From the NCBI GenBank assembly GCA_030612725.1, contig JAUWNJ010000009.1:33800-97799 (forward strand): DNA of 64,000 bases, in the 5' to 3' direction. Made by a program: the position numbers and the translations under genes. Position 1 is the stretch's first letter. The number at the start of each line of letters is the position of its first letter. This document shows, in pieces, positions 49,264 through 58,900 of the stretch. Below the pieces are notes generated by a model. The model was not told the origin of the DNA, did no database searches, and worked only from the letters and a program-made list of their open reading frames with translations. This DNA comes from Planctomycetales bacterium (GTDB taxonomy: Bacteria; Planctomycetota; Phycisphaerae; SM23-33).

Positions 49264-49467
49264 AGGCTCTGTCTGAAAACCATTTCAGACAGGCTTTCAG
49301 CGGTCAGCATTCAGCATTCAGCAAAAGACAAAACAACAAAGTCCACACCTGACCACTTGTTGTTTCTTCATCTTTTGCTGAATGCTGATTGCTGATTGCT
49401 GATTGCTGTGAGTAACACCACTACGTGGAACGCTTTGAGGCGATGTCTGACTTTTCAGACAGAGCCT
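49264..49467. mobile_element. MITE-like non-coding element with perfect 16-bp terminal inverted repeats
   Basis: AGGCTCTGTCTGAAAA (49264-49279) / TTTTCAGACAGAGCCT (49452-49467); inverted TCAGCAT/ATTGCTG heptamer arrays inside. Confidence 0.75.
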
Positions 49468-49501
49468 AGTCCCTAATCCCTGTTTATGTTATTATGCCGT
49501 C

Positions 49502-50374
49502 ATGCCTGATAAGCGAATTCTCATCATTGTCAACATGGACAAGTCCGGGGTAGCCGAGCGGGTCGAATCGCTGCGCGGATGGTTCACCGAGCGGTCCGAG
49601 ATCGTCGGCGTAATTGACGTGTCGGGCGACGAAGACCTTACCGGCGTTCAGGCCGACCTGTGCATCGTCTTCGGCGGCGATGGTACGCTCCTGGCGTCGG
49701 CTCGTCGTCTGGCGCCGTCGGGAATTGCCATGATGGGCGTGAACATGGGAAAACTCGGTTTCCTCGCCGATTTCAGTATCGAGCAGATGACCGAACACCT
49801 CGATGCGATCCTGGAAGGGAAAGTCCGACCCGTTGATCGGATGATGCTCCAGGTAAATCTCGTCGGCGGCGAAGGCGAAAATTCCTTTTCCTCACCGGCG
49901 GCAAATGACATAGTCATCTCGGCGGGGACGCCCTTCCGCATGATTGAACTGTGCATTAATCGCGACGAGGACCACATCGCAACCTTTATGGGCGACGGCG
50001 TAGTCGTAGCCACGCCGACCGGATCGACCGGTTACAGCCTGTCGGCCGGCGGACCTGTTCTCGAACCGTCGCTGGAGGCTATGGTCATTACGCCCGTCGC
50101 GCCACACACGCTGTCGATGAGGCCTGTCGTCGTAAGCGACGACGCGATTGTGCGTATCACGACCAACCGCCTGAATCCCGGAACGACACTGGTCGTGGAC
50201 GGGCAGGTCTCTACGCCGCTGGTCGAAGGGCAAAGAATCGAAATCCGCCGAGCAGATTGGGAGGCAGGAATTATCTCCAACCCCGGTGGGACGTTCTTCA
50301 GGACGCTTATCGACAAACTCCACTGGGCCAGAAGCCCGCATCATAAAGAAGGACCGGAGAGTAATCGTTCGTAA
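49502..50374 (+). CDS. nadK: NAD kinase
   Basis: GGDGT, GVNMGKLGFL, ND, GDG..VATPTGSTGYSLSAGGP. Confidence 0.95.
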   Translation: MPDKRILIIVNMDKSGVAERVESLRGWFTERSEIVGVIDVSGDEDLTGVQADLCIVFGGDGTLLASARRLAPSGIAMMGVNMGKLGFLADFSIEQMTEHLDAILEGKVRPVDRMMLQVNLVGGEGENSFSSPAANDIVISAGTPFRMIELCINRDEDHIATFMGDGVVVATPTGSTGYSLSAGGPVLEPSLEAMVITPVAPHTLSMRPVVVSDDAIVRITTNRLNPGTTLVVDGQVSTPLVEGQRIEIRRADWEAGIISNPGGTFFRTLIDKLHWARSPHHKEGPESNRS

Positions 50375-50486
50375 CAAGGTTCACGTAGTCCCGACGCCGA
50401 AATCTCATGCGTCAAATTCCGGGCAATTTCCTGTCGAGTAAAGGATCATTCACTATTTTCCCGGCTGGGTGATATAATGTCGCGCA

Positions 50487-51476
50487 ATGAAAGACATCGG
50501 AAAAGTAATCCGTACTGTAATCAAGCAGCGCATCCTGCCGCAAATCAAGCGTGACGGAATCCGCAAACTTCTCCTTCCCGAGCAGATCGCCCTCGCCGAC
50601 TGTGTCAAGCCGACGAAACGCGAACAACCATGCAGCCTTGAGCACAGCGAGCCTGAACTCATAATCTCCCTGGGCGGAAAAGCGCCGTACCGCATCGCCG
50701 ACAAGACGTTTATCTTTACACTCGGCAAAATGGTGCTCATGCCCGGAGGAACCCCTCACGCCCCCGCCCAGACGACCCGATGGTTCACAGGAAACATCGA
50801 AATCGGCCGGTCGGCATCGCTTCTGTTCCTGGGTGGTTATCCGTCGGGTGTTCGGGTACAGGTTGTCCGCATCGACGACGCTTTAGACTCGGCGGACGGA
50901 ACCCATCCGTGTGTGCTTCTGGATCGCCAATCCGGCAGGCTGATGAACAGTCTGGTCGAAGAGGTCCACTCCAGACGACCCGGTTACACCCGGATCGGTC
51001 GGTACATGCTCCTGGAGTTCATGGAGCGATGCCTCCGTGCATCCTCCGCCGGCGCCAACGTCGCCGACGCATTGACCGTCCTCCCACGCCGCAAGCGGTC
51101 CCGCGCCGCCTCGAAACGTATCCCCAACCGCATTCTTGCCGCACAGGCGTTTATACACTCCAACTACCACATGCCGCTCGTTGGTCTGGACGACATCGCC
51201 CATGCGGCGGATACCAGCACAGGCTACCTCGTCCGACAGTTCAAGTCCGCAATCGGTATGACACCCGCCAAATACCTTCTGGAAGTCCGCATGGAAGCCG
51301 CAAGGCAACTGCTTATGACCGACCTGAATGTCGGCGAAGTGGGACACCTGGCGGGGATTAACGACCCCGCCTATTTCAGCAGGGTTTTTCGCCGAAGCAA
51401 CGGCGTCAGCCCGGTTACGTACCGCCGGCGGAAGGCCGAATCGGACGGACGCGACGACGCAGAAAGCAACCAGTAA
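50487..51476 (+). CDS. AraC-family transcriptional regulator
   Basis: Cupin-like N-region; C-terminal FKSAIGMTP...GINDPAYFSRVFRR.NGVSP..YR. Confidence 0.9.
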   Translation: MKDIGKVIRTVIKQRILPQIKRDGIRKLLLPEQIALADCVKPTKREQPCSLEHSEPELIISLGGKAPYRIADKTFIFTLGKMVLMPGGTPHAPAQTTRWFTGNIEIGRSASLLFLGGYPSGVRVQVVRIDDALDSADGTHPCVLLDRQSGRLMNSLVEEVHSRRPGYTRIGRYMLLEFMERCLRASSAGANVADALTVLPRRKRSRAASKRIPNRILAAQAFIHSNYHMPLVGLDDIAHAADTSTGYLVRQFKSAIGMTPAKYLLEVRMEAARQLLMTDLNVGEVGHLAGINDPAYFSRVFRRSNGVSPVTYRRRKAESDGRDDAESNQ

Positions 51477-51577
51477 TTCATGTTTGGCCTGACCGCTCCC
51501 TCACTTCTCGCGGCTCGTTTATCGCCCGACAGCGCATTTACTTTGTGCGCCCGGTATAAGTTTGGCGTAGCAAGTGG

Positions 51578-53182
51578 TTAGCGTGAGCGGGCGAACAGTT
51601 TTCGCCGGGCGGCGGCAATCCAGGACGGTGAGAAGGGAAAATCGTCATATTCGCTAATTGCCGACAGTAATCTGTCATCCCTGCCCACACCGAGCGTTTG
51701 CAGCAAGGCGTAGTCCTGGAGCGATTCGGCGAACACCTCCCATCGCACTGAATCGATAGGACCGGCCTGACCTGGATAGACCAGGAACGTATCGCCGTAG
51801 GCCCAGTTCGGCGCAGCCCCACCGTCGCTGACAGTGAACGGGTCGATCATCTGCCGGCTTTTCCGCTTGTACCAGTAATTGTATCCCCAGTGCAAAAAGC
51901 CCCGGACGCCGGTGCGATAGAACAACCAGCCGCTCATTCGAATCTTCGCCAAGGGCGTATCCATCAGGCGGTTGAGGTATTTGCCCCGCGGACCGCAGCA
52001 GAAATAGGCCCAGCACGGGATGCCGTCGGCCAGGAATTCACGCGCCGTGTTGAGGATGGGTATGGGCATATCGACAAGCCCCTTACGGGCGAAGTCGATC
52101 TCGCTGAGCGCGTCCATCATTTTCATCCACGGTGCAAGATCGTCCAGCATTGCCCGTGCTTTGGCGTAGTTGGCCTGGTGGGCCTGGCCGTGAGGTTCGT
52201 CGGAAAGATGGAAGAAGCAGCGGTCCATAATTTTTTCACGCAACAGGAACCGCTTCAGCGCCGGCAGATATTGGGACAGGAAGGTCCGATAGGTTTTACC
52301 GGTGGCGGATGTGGACGGCCGCCAGAGCAATCGTTCGTCGGCCCCCTGTCCGTGATAGATGCGGATCGCGTTGGCGACGCCCCACTGCGTAAAGAGGTGG
52401 CTGAACTCGAATTGGCGTATGCCGCATGCCGCGGCGGTGCGAATCCACTTCCGCACGTCTGAGAAATCAAAGGCGTATAAGCCTTCTCCGCGGCGGCGGA
52501 CCTTCAGCAACTGTGTCGGACGCTTTACGTCATCCAGCGGCGGGGTGAAGACCGGCACGTAGAGCGTATCCTGGCCGTGGGATGCAATGTTCCGGACGTA
52601 GCGCCGGAAAATCGGCCAGAAGGCGTCGGAGAACGGTTCGACGCCGTAATAGTCGCACAGCGCATCGGCGTAAAACCAGTGGGTAACGGGAAAATCCTTC
52701 CGCTGCTGCAGCGTTACGTCGCAGACATCGACGAGAAGTTCGTAGCGGTGGACTCGTCCGGCGAAGTCCGCCGCCAGTCGCACCCGCTGGGGACCGGGCC
52801 GGCAGGCGCGATCGACCATGATTGTTATCCAGAACGCCGCCGTCTCGCCGGGCCAGAGCGGAAGGCTGTCCTCCTCGAACAGCGGGTCGCCCACGTATCC
52901 GGGCAGGCGCCCTTCGTGATGCCCGTCGATTACGGGTGTGTTGTAATGAGGCACCGGCACATAGCCGACCCGGCGAATGCGAACGCCGACGCCGCTGTCG
53001 GATTTGCAGGACAGTCGCACTGTAACCGGTTCGTCGCCGCCGGCTGCGCGAACGCCCAACTGGCAGGATACCTGCTCGCCCCGTGCAGCCTGGATGCGAA
53101 AAATACCGGCCCGCCCCGGCAGACTATCCGGCTGGAGCCTGTGCAGTGAATCAGTCAACCATGCCCATGTCTTCGTCGCCAT
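51578..53182 (-). CDS. DUF4091-domain / GH123-like glycoside hydrolase
   Basis: AARGE, HLSDEP (adjacent DE), WAYFCCGP, GFLHWGYNYW, GDTFLVYPG, SVRWE. Confidence 0.8.
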   Translation of the reverse strand: MATKTWAWLTDSLHRLQPDSLPGRAGIFRIQAARGEQVSCQLGVRAAGGDEPVTVRLSCKSDSGVGVRIRRVGYVPVPHYNTPVIDGHHEGRLPGYVGDPLFEEDSLPLWPGETAAFWITIMVDRACRPGPQRVRLAADFAGRVHRYELLVDVCDVTLQQRKDFPVTHWFYADALCDYYGVEPFSDAFWPIFRRYVRNIASHGQDTLYVPVFTPPLDDVKRPTQLLKVRRRGEGLYAFDFSDVRKWIRTAAACGIRQFEFSHLFTQWGVANAIRIYHGQGADERLLWRPSTSATGKTYRTFLSQYLPALKRFLLREKIMDRCFFHLSDEPHGQAHQANYAKARAMLDDLAPWMKMMDALSEIDFARKGLVDMPIPILNTAREFLADGIPCWAYFCCGPRGKYLNRLMDTPLAKIRMSGWLFYRTGVRGFLHWGYNYWYKRKSRQMIDPFTVSDGGAAPNWAYGDTFLVYPGQAGPIDSVRWEVFAESLQDYALLQTLGVGRDDRLLSAISEYDDFPFSPSWIAAARRKLFARSR

Positions 53183-53194
53183 TGTTTGCTCCTG

Positions 53195-54655
53195 TCAATA
53201 CTTTACGACGTGGCCGTCATATTCGGACCACTCGGTCAGAATCATCGGCCTCTCGTAAGGGGCGGTTTCCACGTCGTCGGCGTAATCGCCTCGCTGGAAT
53301 GCCGGTTTGAACGTCCACGCCTGGAGGGACATGTCTTCGAGAACACTCCGGGCGGCGTACTGCGTCCCGTGCGGCAACCAGCCGGCAAGTTCTTCTTCCG
53401 ACGGGACGTTCATTCCGTCCAGGAGCGTCGGCTCGTTGATGTCGAGCGGCCCGACTGCCTCGGCGTCGCTGCCTAAAAACGCAAGCGCAAGCCGGACCAC
53501 CAGCGAGGCAGGGGCGATGCGAATGTCCAGGCCGGGCAACTTGCAATAAGCGGGCAAAAAGCCCGTTCCATAAGTGTAATCTATCAGGTCGGCGGCAAGG
53601 TTTGTCAGGGCCTTCTCGTCAGACAAAGCCGCTCCATCCGCCGGCTGGGACGCCAGCGGACCCATCACCGCGGGAACCTCGTACCACTCCATCGGCGCCA
53701 GCCTGGCCCGCGCCAGCAGGCACAGGCCCTCGGCTGCGGTCAGCACGTCGGTATAGACAGGCCCGCGACGCTCCACCACCCGCCGGGCGAACTCCTCCAC
53801 GTGCCGACGGGCAACGCGGACGGGACGATACCTATATAGATGTTTGATGCCGGCAACGTTGGTCCAGGTAACGTTGGGCGCTGCGTTCAGCGCGACGATG
53901 AACCGCTCGAAGTTTCGCAGAACGGTCGCCACGTCCGCGCCGGCCTCGGCGGGAGGCCCGCAGTCGGCGAGTTTGGGGTTCAGGCCGTGGTAAAAGTTGT
54001 GATCCGCATAATCGGCGTAAAGCGTGTACGACGGATGACATCCGAACATCGAACTGTGATCCGTCCGCCTTGTCAAATCGTCGAGTAACTCCAGCACCTT
54101 GGCCAGACGCTGCTCGAAAGCGGGCGTATCGCGATAGACCTGATCCAAAAGCAATTCCGTCTCCAGCCCGCGTATGTCGAGGTTGTTGCACAGCCAGATG
54201 ACTCCGTGATTCGCCGGTTTGACAGGCCCGTTGAAAAACGGTAGTCCCATCCGCCCGAGGGCGTAGGCGATAGGCGCCGACCATGTATGCCCGTGCCGAG
54301 TCAGCGCAGAGCACTTGCCGAAAACGTCCATCAGCAAATCCACCCCCGGTCGCTCGCGGAAAAGCACCCGGCTGACGGCCTCGTGCCACGACAGGTGCGA
54401 TGTTTCTTCGGCCGTCGTCGGATGGATCGAGCCGCGATCATAGTGCAGGGAAACATCATGGGCGGAAATGGCCTTGATGTCATCGTCCTGACCGTTCTGC
54501 ACCATGTGGCGAACCTTTTGTCCTATGATGTGAAAACACCCGCCGGCGAAATTATGCTTCGTCATTATCCTGGCGAACTCGCCCGGAAGACGGTGCGAAG
54601 GGTGGTCCGGAGGAGAGACAAAATCCTCCACGTCGAAATAAAGCAAACTCAGCAT
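53195..54655 (-). CDS. Polysaccharide-deacetylase-like protein
   Basis: LYFDVED, FHIIGQK, HDVSLH...HPT metal-binding pattern; co-oriented with the DUF4091 gene. Confidence 0.6.
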   Translation of the reverse strand: MLSLLYFDVEDFVSPPDHPSHRLPGEFARIMTKHNFAGGCFHIIGQKVRHMVQNGQDDDIKAISAHDVSLHYDRGSIHPTTAEETSHLSWHEAVSRVLFRERPGVDLLMDVFGKCSALTRHGHTWSAPIAYALGRMGLPFFNGPVKPANHGVIWLCNNLDIRGLETELLLDQVYRDTPAFEQRLAKVLELLDDLTRRTDHSSMFGCHPSYTLYADYADHNFYHGLNPKLADCGPPAEAGADVATVLRNFERFIVALNAAPNVTWTNVAGIKHLYRYRPVRVARRHVEEFARRVVERRGPVYTDVLTAAEGLCLLARARLAPMEWYEVPAVMGPLASQPADGAALSDEKALTNLAADLIDYTYGTGFLPAYCKLPGLDIRIAPASLVVRLALAFLGSDAEAVGPLDINEPTLLDGMNVPSEEELAGWLPHGTQYAARSVLEDMSLQAWTFKPAFQRGDYADDVETAPYERPMILTEWSEYDGHVVKY

Positions 54656-54672
54656 GAAAGTAACTCCTGTGC

Positions 54673-54757
54673 AATTGGTAATTCGTAATTCGTAATTCGT
54701 AACAAGTAATCGGTGGTTGGCGTTTCTCCCGGTTACCGGTTACTACTTACCAATTAC
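54673..54757. repeat. Inverted heptamer arrays
   Basis: (TTCGTAA)n on the left and degenerate TTAC-containing heptamers on the right. Confidence 0.75.
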
Positions 54758-55821
54758 TACTCGTCAATATTCGACTTTCCGTAATGAAACTCTATACCCC
54801 AACCTTCCCAGCATCCGAACGTCTTCTTGGGGCATTCTTCCAACGGGAGAATCTTATCCGATTTATCATCGAGGTTGTAGATGTGGAATTTCAATCTCTT
54901 TCGCCGAGCCGGCTGGTTGAGGAAGAAATGCAGTTCGGCCATGTTCAAAGGCCCCTCCTCGCCGAGGTACGCGCCGAGTGCGTAGAAACTGATGTCCATC
55001 CATATCCACTGGTTCGACTTCTCGTCGAATATCTCACAGGTTGAATGACTCCCGCCTGTTTGAATCTGGGTTGTATCGCTGCGGAAGTAAACCTGCCCCA
55101 TCCCTACTCTGCGAGCGGGAATCCCCAGGCAATTGCAGGCGTGAACAAAGATGGCGGCAAAGTTGGAGCAGAATCCTTTGTCCTTTCCGGAAACCATTCG
55201 CTCGTACTGCACGAACGGGCGGGACACTTCCTGCTCGTCCGACGGAAGACCGTCGTGAGGCCAGAGGTCGTCCATCAGGGACTTTATCAGCAACTTCGCC
55301 TTCTCGTATCCCGTCTCGACGCCTTCGACAAGAGGCTTCCATTTCTTCGCGGCGAATTCGAGTTCTTCCGGCGTCGGTTCAGGCCTGCCCCAGTCCTCCA
55401 CTTCGCCGACGTGGAAATTCAGTTTGGGTTTGCTGTTCATAATAAGGATGTTCGGGTAGGACATCAGTCCGCCGGCCTTGTAGAACTCGCTGGAGTAGTA
55501 GCCGAACTCGAGTGTGTAAGGTTTCGTTTCAGCCCCGTCGGCGGCGACAGCCTTAACTACAACGTTAACATGCTGGTTGGAGGTTCCGCCCTTTTTGAAG
55601 CGCGCCTCGATACCGCCGTCGGCGGATTTTTCAAACGGCGCGTCATCCATCGAATAGAGGAAATGCGAAAGGCCTTCGATGCTCGATTGCAGGACTATCT
55701 TGACGCCGGCGTCATCGCCCGGCAGTTCTTCAAGGCTTTCGAGCATGATTTCATCCCGCCCGTGATATATCCGCCAGTAATTATCTTTGAACTTTGCTTT
55801 GACCTGTCGTGTTGCCATCAC
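54757..55821 (-). CDS. Transglutaminase-like (Cys-His-Asp) protein
   Basis: GFCSNFA...LGIPARRV, HSTCE, WIWMD. Confidence 0.82.
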   Translation of the reverse strand: MMATRQVKAKFKDNYWRIYHGRDEIMLESLEELPGDDAGVKIVLQSSIEGLSHFLYSMDDAPFEKSADGGIEARFKKGGTSNQHVNVVVKAVAADGAETKPYTLEFGYYSSEFYKAGGLMSYPNILIMNSKPKLNFHVGEVEDWGRPEPTPEELEFAAKKWKPLVEGVETGYEKAKLLIKSLMDDLWPHDGLPSDEQEVSRPFVQYERMVSGKDKGFCSNFAAIFVHACNCLGIPARRVGMGQVYFRSDTTQIQTGGSHSTCEIFDEKSNQWIWMDISFYALGAYLGEEGPLNMAELHFFLNQPARRKRLKFHIYNLDDKSDKILPLEECPKKTFGCWEGWGIEFHYGKSNIDE

Positions 55822-55935
55822 AGTCTCCTTTCTTTCGTGTGGGGAAGAATAATACCCCAGGCAATCGGTCTGTCAAGCGCCCGCTTATCAAAAATGTTTT
55901 TCCTGGCGGGGTCGATAGCGTACAATACCGCGACG

Positions 55936-58900
55936 ATGAAAGTTGACCCAAGATTTTTGGCCTGCGAAGGCCCTGAGATATTTACCGGTAACGAACTGCT
56001 CGTTAAGGGCGCTCTTGAAACCGAAGGCGGCGTGCACCTTCTGGGCGGGTACCCCGGAAGCCCCGTTGCGGGATTCTTCGATTCAATGGCCCTGATAAAG
56101 GACCTGCTGAACGAGAAGGGAATCCGCGCGGTAATCAACAATAACGAAGCCCTGGCAGCAGCCATGCTCAACGGCTCACAAGTAGCAGGGTGCAGGGGAA
56201 TGATCGTTATGAAATCCGTCGGCGTGCACGTCGCCGCCGACGCACTCGCCCTCGGAAACCTGGCCGGTGCCGACCCCGACGGTGGGGCAATCGTTATCTA
56301 TGGCGACGACCCGTGGTGCGACTCGACACAGGTCCCCGCCGACAGCCGATACATCTCAAAACACCTCTACATCCCGACGCTCGAACCGTCCACGCCGCAG
56401 GAAGTAAAAGATTTCGTCGGTGCGGCATTTGAAATATCCGCAGCCTCGGAGTTGTACATGGGGTTCGTGCTGACGAACAACCTCGCCGACGGCGGCGGGT
56501 CGGTTATCTGCAAGCCCAACCAGTATCCCAAACTTACCACGCATCAGCAGGTGTCGCTGGAGACCGAAGCGATTAACCTGGACAAGTACGTCCTTCTGCC
56601 TCCGAGAACATGGTGGCAGGAAGCGAACATGCCCGACCGCCAAGCCAAGGCCATAAGCGAAACCCGCCGGCTTGGAATGAACCGCATCGATTACCCGTCG
56701 CAAAGTCGCAAACCCATTGGATTTATCTCGGCTGGGCTGGCTCACGCCTATCTGCTCCAGGCGTTGAGCGAGGCGGGGATGCTGGGAGAATTCCCGATCC
56801 TGAAACTCGGAATGAGTTATCCCCTCGATATCGAACTCGTCGAAGAACTGGCCTGTCAGTGCGAGCGAATCGTCATCGTCGAGGAACGGCGAGGATTCAT
56901 TGAAGAGCAGGTCGGCGAGATTATCCTCCGGGCCAGGCAGGCGGGAAAACCGGCGGGGCAAACGGAAGTCTGGGGCAAGAAATTCCCCGGCGGCGTTGAA
57001 GGCATCCCCTCGGTGCAAGGCCTGCACCCGTCTATCATAACCGAGCGCCTCGCCGAACTGTTCAGGCGAATTGAACTCGCCGGTACGAAGATTACCGTTC
57101 CACATGCCCTTGAAAATCAGACCAAAGCAATCGAAGCGACCACCGGGATGGATGTAGGCAATCTTCATCCCCGCATACCGACTTTCTGTCCGGGATGTCC
57201 GCACCGCGATACTTCAGGGCTATGCCTGGAAATAAAGAAGCGGTTCACGGACCCGGTTTATATGTCCAAAACCCATGGCTGCAAACCTGTGGACCTGATG
57301 TTCCACGGCGACACGGGATGTTACACGATGTTGATGTTCCCCCCGACCACGCCGCTGATGCACGATTACTCCGGGATGGGCCTGGGAGCGGGGACCGGAA
57401 GCGGGGCAGACCCGTTCATCACCAACAAGCAGGTCGTATTCATGGGCGACTCGACCTTCTTCCACTCCGGTCAGATCGCCGTTTCGCAGGCGATTAAACT
57501 GGGACAGGACATCACGTTCATCATTCTGGACAACCGCACGACCGGAATGACCGGGCACCAGCCGACGCCCGGCGTGGAATACGACATCGTCGGAAACCAA
57601 ACGCCCGTCCAGGACATCGAGAAGATCGTCCGCTCAATGGACCTGACCGGCGAATTATCTATCGCTCGCGTGGACCCGGAGCAGCGAGACGAATACGGGC
57701 AACTGCTCGAGGAAATGTTCCTCGCCGACGGCGTGAAGATAATCATCGCCGACAAGGAATGCGGCATCACGCGAATGCGACGAAAACGCCGGTCCGAACG
57801 GGCGATTGTACGCCGGGACGGGTTCCTGGCGACCTGGCAACACATGAACATTAACCAGGAAATCTGCCGCTTCTGCCTGGCGTGCGCAGAAATTACCGGT
57901 TGTCCGGGTCTCAAGCACGTCGAGACTGACTACGGCCCGAAGATGGACACGGATATTACCTGGTGCGTCGATGACGGAGCCTGCGAGCGAATCGGGGCGT
58001 GTTCGTCCTTTGAACGAGTTACAATCAAACGCAAAGCGATCCCGAGATCGCGCGTGCCCGAACTGGACTTGGACGATATTACCGAACCGCAAAAACGCTC
58101 CTTCAGCGGGCTGTGGCGGTGCTGCCTGGTCGGCGTGGGAGGAATGGGATGCGGCGTCGCCACCACAATCCTCGTCCGCGCCGGACACAAGGAAGGATAC
58201 CCCGTCGTCTTTTTGGACAAGAAGGGGCTTGCCATCCGCAACGGCGGAGTCGTCAGCCAGGTCGCTTACAACACCTCCGGGAACCCGACCACCGCGATTA
58301 TCCCTTACGGACAGGCCGATTTATTGATAGGTATCGACATGCTGGAAACAGCGCGGGCAATGGATCCGACAAAACGGACTCGCGCCGTCCAGACGGGACG
58401 AACCGTCGTCGTCGTCAACACCGACAAAACCGCGACAATACCCGGTCTGCTGGGATGGGGTGATTTCGACCCGGACGAACTCGAACGCATTATCCGAAAC
58501 AATACGCAAAGCGAAGACTTCCTCGCCCGCAATATCTCCAGCGTCTGCGAAAAATATCTGGGAAGCAGGATTTACGCAAACATTATGATGCTCGGCTTTG
58601 CGTTTCAGAAAGGCCTGATCCCCGTCTCAATGCACTCGATGGCATGGGCGATCAAAGACACCATCCGCGCCGACTTCCGCAAAAATCTCTACGCATTCAA
58701 CATGGGACGGAAACTTCTCGTCAAGCCGGACCTGTTCCGAGGAGCACCGAAGCGAACGACGTGGCAAAAGATGCTCGAAGAAAAATGCCGATGCACCATC
58801 CGACGATACCGCCAGGGACAGGTAATCTCCGAAGCCCTGCGGGAACTCTCTGCCCGCGTCATAGAGGACGCCGCTGAACTGAACGAGAACGAGAAGCGGG

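Noticed and set aside
55045-55935. First 297 aa of the 1872-aa ORF
   Set aside because: Antisense shadow of the transglutaminase-like gene; IOR motifs start at ATG 55936
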